Assembly: GCA_964458565.1 (NCBI GenBank)
Contig: CAYWJO010000002.1
Span: forward strand, 32,001 to 96,000
Source: an uncultured archaeon
Lineage (GTDB): Archaea; Asgardarchaeota; Thorarchaeia; Thorarchaeales; Thorarchaeaceae
Length of the DNA stretch: 64,000 nucleotides
Direction: 5' to 3'
In this document: piece by piece, positions 1-9,906 of the stretch
Layout: the number at the start of each line of letters is the position of its first letter
Numbering within the stretch: position 1 is the first letter of the stretch
Translations under genes and position numbers: made by a program
Notes under the pieces: generated by a model
Databases searched by the model: none
Seen by the model: the letters and a program-made list of their open reading frames with translations, nothing else
What the model was told of the DNA's origin: nothing

Positions 1-912
1 TCCTAATTGGTCTTGAGTTTTTTCAGCGAAGTCCTGAAACTGATTCCGCAAACTCTCTATGTTCTTATCTACGTTCGATAACTTCTCATTTACCTTTGAG
101 ATATCCTTCTGAAGGTCGAATACTGCATTTGTTAGCCGTCTTAGTGTAGTTTCCATTTCCTGAGATGAAACCCCCTCAAATCCGGTATCCTCTCTTCCAC
201 CCTCATTTGGCTTTTGTAGGGATGTTTTTCCAGCACTTCTCGTATCTCCCGAAAGCCATCTGAAGGCATTGACAACAAACTTCTGATTTTCTTTGCTTGC
301 CAATCCCCCTCCCTTCCTAAATATCTCATAACTCCCAATACACATTACTCTGCCTTTTCCAAACTCGGAAATTGCGATAATTGGCTGAGATGCTGGTTCT
401 GATGTGGTTGATGTTGAAGCAATCACCTTAGCTTTCTGTGTTACCTTGAGAGTACACCCCGATGGATATAGCAGTTCTTTCAGACCTGTTGTGACAGCAT
501 GCTTTTCCAGAGATCTGATTAGCACCATTGTTGGAATCCCTGAGTTACTCCTATCGTCCTTTACAGCAGTATTTTCGAACGTGACTCCAAAAATCTCTGT
601 CAATTTACTCATATTATTCATCAATCCCCGGTCTCCACTGGAGAGAGAAAGAAACATGAGACCTCCCCCTTGCTTGACATACTTTGTGAGAGCTTCAATC
701 TCAGGGCCACGAAGTTTGGAGCTATTTGGGCAGCCAAATACTACCACAGACGCCTCCGCGATCTTCTTGTCAAGAATCATGAATTCAGTATATGGTTCAA
801 CATCATAGTCATTGTCACGGAGAAGTGTTCCTAACTCAGAGTAGGTAGAATCAAGTCTTCCACGTTCGTTTTGGGTCTGATCGAAATAGATTCTCTTTCT
901 CCGTTCACTCAA
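1..912 (-). CDS. GIFT (GldG/IFT52-like) domain protein with C-terminal coiled coil; 3'-partial
   Basis: Not in the ORF track because it runs off the edge. Hand translation from TTG at 912 (AGGTG upstream) is open to base 1: MSERRKRIYFDQTQNERGRLDSTYSELGTLLRDNDY...VVFGCPNSSKLRGPEIEALTKYVKQGGGLMFLSLSSGD...FGKGRVMCIGS, then heptad-rich LRRLTNAVFDLQKDISKVNEKLSNVDKNIESLRNQF. Confidence 0.7.
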   Translation of the reverse strand, partial: MSERRKRIYFDQTQNERGRLDSTYSELGTLLRDNDYDVEPYTEFMILDKKIAEASVVVFGCPNSSKLRGPEIEALTKYVKQGGGLMFLSLSSGDRGLMNNMSKLTEIFGVTFENTAVKDDRSNSGIPTMVLIRSLEKHAVTTGLKELLYPSGCTLKVTQKAKVIASTSTTSEPASQPIIAISEFGKGRVMCIGSYEIFRKGGGLASKENQKFVVNAFRWLSGDTRSAGKTSLQKPNEGGREDTGFEGVSSQEMETTLRRLTNAVFDLQKDISKVNEKLSNVDKNIESLRNQFQDFAEKTQDQLG

Positions 913-1027
913 TTGAAACACCTGATTTGTTCTACACTGTGCTAGTGAACTCTACTAAAGAGATTTGTGTAAATTGTTCTCACGCTTTTGCGAACATTTT
1001 ATCACATTGAATATCCGTCAGTTATTC

Positions 1028-1456
1028 ATGTCAAATTCAGAAGACTGCATTTTCTGCAAGATAGTCCGTGGTGAAATTCCATCCACAAAAGTGTATGAGG
1101 ATGATATGGTTTTAGCTTTCATGGACATCTTTCCTGTTTCCAAGGGGCATTGCCTTATTATTCCTAAGAAGCACTACGAGAATATGTTGGATGTCGATTT
1201 GAAAATCATCGCTCATCTTTCAAAGAAATTAGCAGAGCTTACAAGGAAAGTAAACAACGCCTTCAATCCCGATGGAATTCTGAATGTTGTAGCTAATGGT
1301 TCTGGTGCTGGACAAGAAGTCCCTCATTTACACTTCCACATAATTCCTAGGACCAAAGGTAGTCAATTTGGCTTCAGATATCCTGATAATTATCGCGATT
1401 CGATGGCACCAATAGAGGAACTCGAGGAACAAGCAAAAAGAATTGTTGAATCCTAA
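1028..1456 (+). CDS. HIT family hydrolase
   Basis: DCIFCKI N-terminus and HLHFHII histidine triad; start moved to ATG 1028. Confidence 0.95.
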   Translation: MSNSEDCIFCKIVRGEIPSTKVYEDDMVLAFMDIFPVSKGHCLIIPKKHYENMLDVDLKIIAHLSKKLAELTRKVNNAFNPDGILNVVANGSGAGQEVPHLHFHIIPRTKGSQFGFRYPDNYRDSMAPIEELEEQAKRIVES

Positions 1457-1464
1457 GATTAGTC

Positions 1465-1899
1465 CTATAGTTGCATTAGATTCAATCCTGTAGATTCATC
1501 CTTGCCACGGAAGATTTGTGCTTCAACCTCAAAAAGGTGGAGTTCGATTGTTACAGATACTATACATCCTTCCATGAGATGCCCTCCGTAACATCTGCCA
1601 TTTTCATCTGCAACGACCATGTGTGCATGAACGACAATAGAGCCATCTCTTAAAGTTGAAATATTGCCTGCACAGGAAACGACCTCCAAATCCTGTTCTA
1701 ATGAGAAATCTTTGTACTGATTCTCTTCAACGCTGAAATATCCCAATTTTATTCTTGAAACTGCACCAATCAGTGTCAACTGACCGCTCTTCACATCATG
1801 CTTCTCAACAACTCTTTCAATGGTCTTCAGAATGTCTTCTCCTCTCTTCATTCGTGCAACAATGACTCTCTTCGAATTGGTCACAATCGTATCTACCAT
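1465..1899 (-). CDS. PPC/DUF296 domain protein
   Basis: LIGAVS, EVVSCAGNIS, HAHMVVAD..GRCYGGHL; start moved to ATG 1899 to avoid overlap with polB. Confidence 0.9.
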   Translation of the reverse strand: MVDTIVTNSKRVIVARMKRGEDILKTIERVVEKHDVKSGQLTLIGAVSRIKLGYFSVEENQYKDFSLEQDLEVVSCAGNISTLRDGSIVVHAHMVVADENGRCYGGHLMEGCIVSVTIELHLFEVEAQIFRGKDESTGLNLMQL

Positions 1900-2004
1900 A
1901 CCATAATGAAATAACATTGCAACTAATGAAACCAGCGATATGAGATAGAATGTTTTTGGGAAGTGCTTATCAAGGATAGATATCCACAGAACTAATGAAC
2001 TATC

Positions 2005-4812
2005 TTGGTCCGAGACGAAAAGAATATTGAAAATGAACAACCAAGTCTAGAGGACTTCATCGATTCATCAGATGATGCAGTTTCAGAAATTCACGAAATG
2101 GACGGTACTAAGGAATCACTACCTGAAACTGCAGTTTCAGATAATAAATCAAATAATGAAGAGCGCCCACCATCCAGAACCACTGTAGTATTCAAAGATG
2201 AAAATGATGACGACACAGCAGACATCGAGGAAGATGAACCAATAGTTCTCAGGGTTGGTACGCAAGAAACGCCAACTAATCTCTCACCTTCTTATCTTTT
2301 GTCAGTGGACTATGATGGAGCTAAAAATAGAGCTGTTGTAAGACTCTATAATCCTGAAACCAAACGTATCTATTTCTGGTATGATAACACAGATCACAAA
2401 CCATATTGCTATACTGACTTTCCATTGCAGAAAATTCAAGGAAACCCTCGTATTAGCAAGCATCAAGGGTTTGTCAGAGCTGAAACAGTTGATTTGTATG
2501 ATCTCTTGAGGGACAAACCAATACAGATGACGAAGGTTGTTGCTACAGATCCCCTCTCCATCGGTGGACGGCCTGGAGCAATAAGAGAGTATCTACTAGA
2601 GGGTGAAGTTAGCCACGCATGGGAGGCAAATATACGCTATCGGAATTGTTATTCCTATGATATGAATATCATCTCTGGATTTCTTTATGAGATTGTAGAC
2701 GGAAATCTGCGTGCGGTTGCACCAGATATTGACAAATCCGTCATAGATAGATTCACTGAGGCAATCGGTACAGATGAAGAATTACAGGAAGTCATTGACG
2801 AATATGCTCCAATGTTCTTCTCCGAAGTGCCAGATATTCGTAGAATCGCTGTTGATATCGAAGTGTACACACCAGTGATGAATAGGATTCCTGATGCTAA
2901 TACATCTCCATATCCTATCATTGCTATTGGCCTCTCAGATAATGAGCGATTCAACAAATGCTTCGTACTTCGTAGGAAGGGTTACTCCGAAGGAACGAAG
3001 GGCCCCAATTTTCCGGCAGAGCTTGATATCGTATATTTTGATTCTGAAGCAGACATGCTTGTTGAAGCATTTCGGATTATGGATGACTATCCTATTGTGC
3101 TAACATTTGTTGGTGATGCATTTGACCTGAACTATATGTATCATCGTGCTGAGCAATTGAAAATTGATATGAATCGATATTGTCCAATCAAGATGGGGCG
3201 AGATATTGCTCTTCTTGATCGTGGCATACATGTAGATCTCTATCGCTTTTTGAAAAATCCTTCAATCCGTCTTTATGCGTTGTCAGGAGCATATGAACAA
3301 TCCAATCTCGATTCGATTGCTAAGGGTCTCCTTGGCATCGGAAAATTAGAATTGAGTACTGATATCTCGAAATTATCATATATTGAACTCGGACACTATT
3401 GCTGGCTTGATGCGAATATTACCCTCAGGATAACAAGTTATGAGAACAATCTATTGCTCCGTCTCATAATATTGTTGATGCGGATATCACGTCTTTCAAT
3501 GGAAGATGTGACTCGCCTGGGTATATCCTCTTGGATACAATCACTATTTCGTCAGGTTCATAGAACTCGTCATGCAGTGATACCTCGACAAATTGACATC
3601 GAGAGTCTAAAGTCTATTGAGGCTCAGACTGAGGCGATGATAAAAGACAAACGATTCAAAGGTGCAATTGTAATCGAACCAGTAGCTGGTGTTCACTTCA
3701 ACACAACTGTGCTGGACTTTGCCAGTCTGTATCCAACGATTATGAAACAACACAATATCAGCTATGAAACTGTAGACTGCCCTCATGAAGAATGTCGTAT
3801 TGCTAATGACAATAAGGTCCCTGAAACTGATCATTGGATTTGTAAGAAGAGAACCGGAATGATCAGTCAGACTATTGGGTTCTTCAGGGATACACGTGTC
3901 CGTTGGTTCAAGTCTAAAAGTAAGGACAAGTCCATCCCAGAAGAAACCAGAGCTTGGTATTCAGTTGTAGAGAAAGCGCTCAAGGTTTTTGTAAATGCAT
4001 CATATGGAGTTACAGGAGCCGCTCATTTTGAGCTATTCTGTATGCCTGCAGCTGAAAGTGTTACTGCGTATGGTAGAAACGCAATAATCGAAACAAAGAA
4101 CAAAGCAGAATCTATGGGGATTCGAGTCCTCTATGGTGATACAGATTCAGTATTTCTTGATAACCCATCGACGGAACAACAGGAGGAGTTAGTTCGATGG
4201 TCCCGTGAAGCTTTGAGTATTGACCTTGAGGTCGAAAAGACATACAAATACGTGGCACTTTCAGGACGAAAGAAGAACTACATAGGTGTCTATCAATCTG
4301 GCTACGTTGAGGTCAAGGGTCTAAGCGGAAAGAAGAGAAACACACCAGACTTCGTCCAAGATGCATTTCAGGAGATGCTAACTGTTTTGAGTCGAGTTGA
4401 CAATATTGAAGGCTTTGAAACTGCAAAGGGGGCGATTCGCGAAGTGGTCAACAATGTATTGGATCGCCTTGAGGGAAAATCTACGCCATATACACCTGAA
4501 GATTTAGCATTCAGGGTTCAAATGACAAAGCCTATTGACAATTATGGATCGGCAAAACCTATGCACGTTCGTGCAGCGACCATGCTTCGTGACGCTGGAT
4601 ATGAGGTACCACCTGGTACAATTGTGGAATATATTAAGGTAAAGGGTCAAGATGATATCCTTCCTACACAGCTGGCAAAAGAAACAAGCTACTGGGTTGA
4701 TAAAGACAAGTACATTGACACTTTGAGATCTGTCTTTGAACAAGTGTTAGACTCCGTTGGAATCAATTTCGAAGAGCTCTTGGGCGTCACAACTCTAGAA
4801 CAGTTCTTCTGA
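2005..4812 (+). CDS. polB1: Family B DNA polymerase (PolB1 type)
   Basis: Exonuclease DIEV; DFASLYP, KVFVNASYG, YGDTDS, KKNY; PolB1-type N-terminus (YDG...DNTDHKPYC); PIP-like C-terminus TTLEQFF; acidic N-terminal extension. Confidence 0.95.
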   Translation: MVRDEKNIENEQPSLEDFIDSSDDAVSEIHEMDGTKESLPETAVSDNKSNNEERPPSRTTVVFKDENDDDTADIEEDEPIVLRVGTQETPTNLSPSYLLSVDYDGAKNRAVVRLYNPETKRIYFWYDNTDHKPYCYTDFPLQKIQGNPRISKHQGFVRAETVDLYDLLRDKPIQMTKVVATDPLSIGGRPGAIREYLLEGEVSHAWEANIRYRNCYSYDMNIISGFLYEIVDGNLRAVAPDIDKSVIDRFTEAIGTDEELQEVIDEYAPMFFSEVPDIRRIAVDIEVYTPVMNRIPDANTSPYPIIAIGLSDNERFNKCFVLRRKGYSEGTKGPNFPAELDIVYFDSEADMLVEAFRIMDDYPIVLTFVGDAFDLNYMYHRAEQLKIDMNRYCPIKMGRDIALLDRGIHVDLYRFLKNPSIRLYALSGAYEQSNLDSIAKGLLGIGKLELSTDISKLSYIELGHYCWLDANITLRITSYENNLLLRLIILLMRISRLSMEDVTRLGISSWIQSLFRQVHRTRHAVIPRQIDIESLKSIEAQTEAMIKDKRFKGAIVIEPVAGVHFNTTVLDFASLYPTIMKQHNISYETVDCPHEECRIANDNKVPETDHWICKKRTGMISQTIGFFRDTRVRWFKSKSKDKSIPEETRAWYSVVEKALKVFVNASYGVTGAAHFELFCMPAAESVTAYGRNAIIETKNKAESMGIRVLYGDTDSVFLDNPSTEQQEELVRWSREALSIDLEVEKTYKYVALSGRKKNYIGVYQSGYVEVKGLSGKKRNTPDFVQDAFQEMLTVLSRVDNIEGFETAKGAIREVVNNVLDRLEGKSTPYTPEDLAFRVQMTKPIDNYGSAKPMHVRAATMLRDAGYEVPPGTIVEYIKVKGQDDILPTQLAKETSYWVDKDKYIDTLRSVFEQVLDSVGINFEELLGVTTLEQFF

Positions 4813-4860
4813 AATCTCTAATCGGAAACCTTTTTACCTTATTAATAACTATAGTTAACC

Positions 4861-5256
4861 ATGACCGATATTCATGACTTGATTAAAAAAGACAGTATTA
4901 TTTTCGAGTTCAATGTGAAAAATCTTGATCGTTCGAAGAAGTTCTATCAAGAGATATTTGGATTTGAAATGCTTTGGGACGGTGGAGATGAAGTTGGTTG
5001 GTGTCAACTCAAACTTCCAGTACCTGGAGCTACGCTTGGTTTGAATCTACTGCGTGAAGGTGAAGTCAAACCTGGTGCCGCATCCCTCTATTTTGATACT
5101 CCTGACATCGAAGCATTAGAAAAAGCCCTCAACAAAAAGGGTGTTGAAACAAAACCGATACAGGATATTCCCGATATGGTATCAATCCTCACTGCTATAG
5201 ATCCTGATGGTAACGAAATCGGAATTGTGGCACAGCCTCGCGTAAAATCTGATTAA
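4861..5256 (+). CDS. VOC/glyoxalase family protein
   Basis: VKNLDRSKKFYQEIFGF and DPDGNEI motifs. Confidence 0.9.
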   Translation: MTDIHDLIKKDSIIFEFNVKNLDRSKKFYQEIFGFEMLWDGGDEVGWCQLKLPVPGATLGLNLLREGEVKPGAASLYFDTPDIEALEKALNKKGVETKPIQDIPDMVSILTAIDPDGNEIGIVAQPRVKSD

Positions 5257-5401
5257 AACTCCAGCGCAGCTCAATCATTGACGCCTTTACACTGCTTCTA
5301 ACCTCATTTTCCACAAAGTAGTATGGCAAAGAAACTCTTATAGCACAGCGGCAACTTTACGCATTAGGACATCCTATTGGTACCACGAAGGGGTAAGACG
5401 A

Positions 5402-6436
5402 ATGCAACAGAACTTCAGAGAATTCTTTATGCAAAAGCTCCTCATCCTGTTGGGACCGAATGAGTTAGACATGTCAGCTAAGGATTTCATCTCAACCTAC
5501 GCGTCTTATATGACATCAATTGGCATAGTAGGAAAGGCTCCTACTGGTCAGGCATACTATCCCAGTCGTACGGCTCCAGTAGAGGAGGAATATATCCCCT
5601 TCTTCGAAGAGCTTGTTGAATTGACACATTCATTGGATATCCACACTGCTGTCAGTATGGACTTCTACACAGATGGATGGTTTGGTAAAGACCCCAAATA
5701 CCAGACAATGACTGATGTTGGAAAGATTATGCACCATCAGATTTGTCCAAATCGTGAGGAATTCTGGCAGTATGGAGCAGAGATTGTAAAGGAGCTTGGA
5801 TCATATCCAATTGATGAAATTCTGCTACTAGGTGCTGGGTTCATTCGAGACCATTTCTGTTTTTGTAATCGATGTAGAGCAGATTTCGCTCCCCTTGTTG
5901 ACCAGGAACCCAATCGATTGTCCTACAACTACATCATTGAGAATCCTGAATATCATGCAAAATGGCATGAATGGAGAAGTGACATCATCCATAGTGGATT
6001 ACGAGTACTTCAGGACGCAGCCATTGAGATTGATGAAAGTGTTGACAGAAAGGAGTCTTTGAAACTTACAGTTGAAGTACTAATTGATCCCGAGAGTGGA
6101 TTATCTGATGGTGCTATGGGTGAATATGGATATGACTATTCCAAGCTCGGCGGCATCACTGGTAATGTGATGGTCAACCTTTATCCGTGGAGTCCCTTGC
6201 TTCCCGCCAAAGGTAGTAAGGAGTATAATGATTTAGTTGAAAGCCTGTACTTCACAAATGAATTCACACGAAGAGGTGGTAATGCCTCTCTCTTTAGATG
6301 GGGTGTAACTGATATTGAACAACTCCGCGAGTTGAAGGAACTAGGAAAGGATACAGGCATAACACGAATTATGTCTACATTTGGTTATCCCAAAGATTAC
6401 TCGGTCAGACGTGAGAGTGCAATAGGCAGTTATTAG
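5402..6436 (+). CDS. Putative glycoside-hydrolase-like TIM-barrel protein
   Basis: ICPN, CFCNRC..F and WHEWR motifs recall GH42/GHL-type barrels; function unproven. Confidence 0.5.
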   Translation: MQQNFREFFMQKLLILLGPNELDMSAKDFISTYASYMTSIGIVGKAPTGQAYYPSRTAPVEEEYIPFFEELVELTHSLDIHTAVSMDFYTDGWFGKDPKYQTMTDVGKIMHHQICPNREEFWQYGAEIVKELGSYPIDEILLLGAGFIRDHFCFCNRCRADFAPLVDQEPNRLSYNYIIENPEYHAKWHEWRSDIIHSGLRVLQDAAIEIDESVDRKESLKLTVEVLIDPESGLSDGAMGEYGYDYSKLGGITGNVMVNLYPWSPLLPAKGSKEYNDLVESLYFTNEFTRRGGNASLFRWGVTDIEQLRELKELGKDTGITRIMSTFGYPKDYSVRRESAIGSY

Positions 6437-6437
6437 A

Positions 6438-7301
6438 TTATTGCCGTACTCCGCAATATATACAGACATCGATACCTTTGCTTATTGTTCGTCCACATGA
6501 AAAGCAGAAGCTAGGCCTATCATTCGATTTATCATCACTAAATGGACTTAGTTCTCCCTGTTGAAAAAGGGATCCAATGCCTTCGATGTTATCATCTCTG
6601 ATCTTGCAGACTCCATGTCCAGATCCAGTTGTTTTAGGCTCAGGAATTATTCTTTCGCTCCTGTCAACATCTGTAAACGGATTACCCTTGCGGCTAGCAT
6701 CAGTAGCGCTACTTGCGCACCAGGGAATTTGTTGTGTATCTCTTCGATCTGGTTCACCTCTTGACTGAAGTGCTCGATCAAGTGTATCAAAATCACGACG
6801 ATAATCATCTGCTCCATATCCTGGGTCTCTAGCAGGTTGGTTCACCAGATTGTTGTCCCTGATATACGCAGAGCCAAATGACTCGTCCGATGGAATACCT
6901 CTCGCGAGATGTATGAATTTATGATGTGCATCACCTTTCAAGTTCTCATATTCGGAGGTAGTCAATCCCATTATTTCAAGAGCTCTATCTCTCTCAGGAC
7001 AACGTTTGGATAACGGACAGCAGTAAGCAAGGCTTCCATGACAAAGGGCTGCCATTGCTCGTTCCTGTCTGGACTTAAAAATTGGAGTTATAGTCTTTCT
7101 ACCTAGAACTAATGAATCTCCTACTGCACGCATCTCGACATATCCACTCTGTGCCAGCGCCTCAACGATCTCTTTAGCTGGATAGGTTCTGCCCTCTATG
7201 ATAATAAGACCTTCTGTCTTGTCAAGCCGAACAGGTCTCTCTGAGTTTCTGCCTTTCTCGTCGTACGAATATGTCGTGTCAAACACCTCTTGTTTCTTCA
7301 C
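6438..7301 (-). CDS. Cys-motif protein (methanogenesis-marker-9-like unit) with C-terminal zinc ribbon
   Basis: LCHGSLAYCCPLSKRCPERDRALEIMGLTTSEYENLK; terminal FCFSCG...CIYCG. Confidence 0.55.
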   Translation of the reverse strand: MKKQEVFDTTYSYDEKGRNSERPVRLDKTEGLIIIEGRTYPAKEIVEALAQSGYVEMRAVGDSLVLGRKTITPIFKSRQERAMAALCHGSLAYCCPLSKRCPERDRALEIMGLTTSEYENLKGDAHHKFIHLARGIPSDESFGSAYIRDNNLVNQPARDPGYGADDYRRDFDTLDRALQSRGEPDRRDTQQIPWCASSATDASRKGNPFTDVDRSERIIPEPKTTGSGHGVCKIRDDNIEGIGSLFQQGELSPFSDDKSNDRPSFCFSCGRTISKGIDVCIYCGVRQ

Positions 7302-7449
7302 ATTTATCTGGTAAATATCTAGAATTGAATCCCTGTATTACCTCGGTAACTCGCTAAAAGTGAAAAGAATTGAATAGGAAGATATTTTTCACCCCAAATC
7401 CATCAATTTATGAAAGGAGTGTTGGAAACGCTCCACGAGAGGAATTGAA

Positions 7450-7812
7450 ATGGGATTGAAAGCTGAAGGTGCCGCTCAGGCTTACACGCTATTGGGTGGT
7501 TTGGTTCTTGCTATACTCGGATTCAATATGTTAGCTACAGGAATTCAGAATATTGCTGATATAAATAGTCTACTTGATGTAGTTCTTGGAATTGTATTGA
7601 TACTAATGGTTCTATTATCTCTAGATGCATGTGGATTCATCTACTGGAAAGTACAGAAAAGTGGAGTTTTGTTGGCTATCTTCGGATTTGTATCAATGGT
7701 AATCATTGCTCGTGCCCTTCCACTAGATATTCTACAATGGCTCACGAATATCGGTCTTCTAGCCGGTTTCATGATTTTAGTTGCTGGAATTCTATTAATC
7801 TTCAAGAAATAG
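7450..7812 (+). CDS. Small 4-TM membrane protein
   Basis: Four hydrophobic segments; GAGGA RBS. Confidence 0.75.
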   Translation: MGLKAEGAAQAYTLLGGLVLAILGFNMLATGIQNIADINSLLDVVLGIVLILMVLLSLDACGFIYWKVQKSGVLLAIFGFVSMVIIARALPLDILQWLTNIGLLAGFMILVAGILLIFKK

Positions 7813-7919
7813 GATTATTTGGAGCAGATGAACTCAAACCTGCTCCTTATCTTTTCATCCAAGCCTGTATCGCAAATTAGATATGCTGGAGAGATAGCGC
7901 ACAACCCGTCTACTTCAAG

Positions 7920-9281
7920 GTGGGTTCTGTCATGGATGAGAAACATATTCGTATTTTACATCAACTTGGATTCGAGGACATTGATACAAAATCAATGACC
8001 AATGATTATTGGAAGAAGCGTGCAGCTGAGGCATTAGCACTCACAACCCAGGATCGTGATGTTTATGGTTGTCTTGATCACACACGTGGTGATGGTGTAA
8101 AGATTTTTGATGTTGAAGGTACCGAGTATCTGGATGTTACAGGCGGCGTTGCGGTAAGAGCATTTGGACTCAGGTACAAACCCTATCTCGATTTTGAAAT
8201 CGAAATCAATGACGTTATTCATGAGTTACCAGGTATGGATTTTGACGCAATTCCGCAGACCCTTCTTGCAGAGAAACTTGCTCAAATCACACCAGGTAAA
8301 CACAAGAAACAGGTTGTATTCACAACATCTGGAGGGCGTGCAGTAGAGGGATGCATGAAGTCTGCCATGGATCTATCAGGAAAACGGCGTTTTGTAACAT
8401 TCAGACCTGCATTTCACGGACGTACTGGCTATGCACTAGCACTAACATGTTCAAATTCAAAACATAAGTCTGGATTTCCTCAAGGTGTTGATGTGATTCG
8501 TGTATTCTATCCATACTGTTATCGCTGTCCTTACGGTACGACCGAAGAGGATTGCAGTCTTGAATGTGTGGAGGCTCTGAGGTATTCCTTGCAGGTTGAA
8601 GGAAATGATATTGCTGCTACAGTCATGGAGCCTCTTTCAGGTGAAGGCGGGTTAATTGTACCCCCATCAAAAGCTGTCAAGGGTATCTATGAAATTACAA
8701 AGGAAGTCGGTGCATATTTCATGACTGATGAGGTTCAGGCTGGAATGGGTCGAACTGGAAAATGGTGTGCGATGGAACATCATGGTGTTGTTCCTGATTT
8801 CATTAGTATGGGAAAAGCATTAGGTGGTGGATATCCGATGGGTGCCTCTATTGGACCAGCTCCTATGTACACAGGACCCTCTCGACACTCTGAAACATTC
8901 TCTGCTGAACCAAAAATGTCACTTCTCTCTCTTTGGATTCTCAAACATATGGAAGATGGTGATTATCTCAAGAGTAATGCGGAGAAAGGTGCATATCTCC
9001 TAGAACGATTAATGGAACTAAAGGAAAAACATGAGGTTGTTGGCGACGCGCGTGGTCTCGGTCTCATGGTAGGTATCGAGTTTGTGAAAGATAAGAGATC
9101 AAAGGCGAAGGCTCCGAAGCTCCGAGATGCAATTGTGAAAAATGCTGTTAACACGCAGAAATTATGGGTACTTGGAGCTGGGCAGAATGTTATGCGATTG
9201 ACTCCGAGCTATATAATCACGAATGAAAACATCGATGACGCAGTTGATTGCATTGACAAGGCAATCTCTGAATCTACTTGA
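7920..9281 (+). CDS. Class III PLP aminotransferase (GabT/ArgD-like)
   Basis: AFHGRT, EPLSGEGG, DEVQAGMGRTG, PLP lysine in SMGKALGGG. Confidence 0.93.
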   Translation: MGSVMDEKHIRILHQLGFEDIDTKSMTNDYWKKRAAEALALTTQDRDVYGCLDHTRGDGVKIFDVEGTEYLDVTGGVAVRAFGLRYKPYLDFEIEINDVIHELPGMDFDAIPQTLLAEKLAQITPGKHKKQVVFTTSGGRAVEGCMKSAMDLSGKRRFVTFRPAFHGRTGYALALTCSNSKHKSGFPQGVDVIRVFYPYCYRCPYGTTEEDCSLECVEALRYSLQVEGNDIAATVMEPLSGEGGLIVPPSKAVKGIYEITKEVGAYFMTDEVQAGMGRTGKWCAMEHHGVVPDFISMGKALGGGYPMGASIGPAPMYTGPSRHSETFSAEPKMSLLSLWILKHMEDGDYLKSNAEKGAYLLERLMELKEKHEVVGDARGLGLMVGIEFVKDKRSKAKAPKLRDAIVKNAVNTQKLWVLGAGQNVMRLTPSYIITNENIDDAVDCIDKAISEST

Positions 9282-9304
9282 CGGTAATTATAAGAAAAAG
9301 GGAG

Positions 9305-9329
9305 ACTCATGCCCATTTTAGGCATGAGT
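9305..9329. terminator. Hairpin between convergent genes
   Basis: Perfect 9-bp stem ACTCATGCC/GGCATGAGT with 7-nt loop; A-tract on the left gives a U-tract on the minus strand. Confidence 0.6.
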
Positions 9330-9338
9330 ATATCCATC

Positions 9339-9671
9339 CTACTTCAGCAACAATAAGATGGCACCAATGATGACGAGAATGCCACCTAAGTCACTACCAA
9401 AGATTGCCATGAGAATACCAATAATCAAGAGCATAATAAAACTATAATCCATTTTCAAGGCTCTGATTTCAACAACGCCGCTTGTAGCAAGCGCAATCAG
9501 TGATAGGATTATTGCGATTATTGCTTGAATTACTTCATATGCTGAATCTGAGAGGATACCAGAATAGAAGCTGAATCCAATATCTGGTATAAAAAACAAG
9601 ATTGCTTGAATCAAACCGATGATACCACCGATTATAACGAACCATTTGCTAATTTCTTTCATATTTGCCAT
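9339..9671 (-). CDS. Small 4-TM membrane protein
   Basis: Hydrophobic segments; ends GGILVIIGAILLLLK; GGAGTGA RBS. Confidence 0.75.
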   Translation of the reverse strand: MANMKEISKWFVIIGGIIGLIQAILFFIPDIGFSFYSGILSDSAYEVIQAIIAIILSLIALATSGVVEIRALKMDYSFIMLLIIGILMAIFGSDLGGILVIIGAILLLLK

Positions 9672-9906
9672 TTTTAATTCACTCCATCACGTGTTTGTGC
9701 ATTTGGCAGTCTGGAGTTTGAGCTCCTCTTTGCTTCTTCTGCAATTGCATACAAGCTTTCTCGAGAAGATGTATCCACTCCAAAACTGCGCGTGATAATA
9801 TACGATATTGTAAATAGCAGTATATTTGAGTATCGGGAGTTTGAGTTTTAATCGTCAATTGCCGTAATTTTGTCTAAAGCGGCGCCCTTTAATACCACAC
9901 TCAGCT

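Noticed and set aside
141-808. ORF-track entries 141..338 and 404..808
   Set aside because: Shadows of the long minus-strand GIFT-like frame 912..1.
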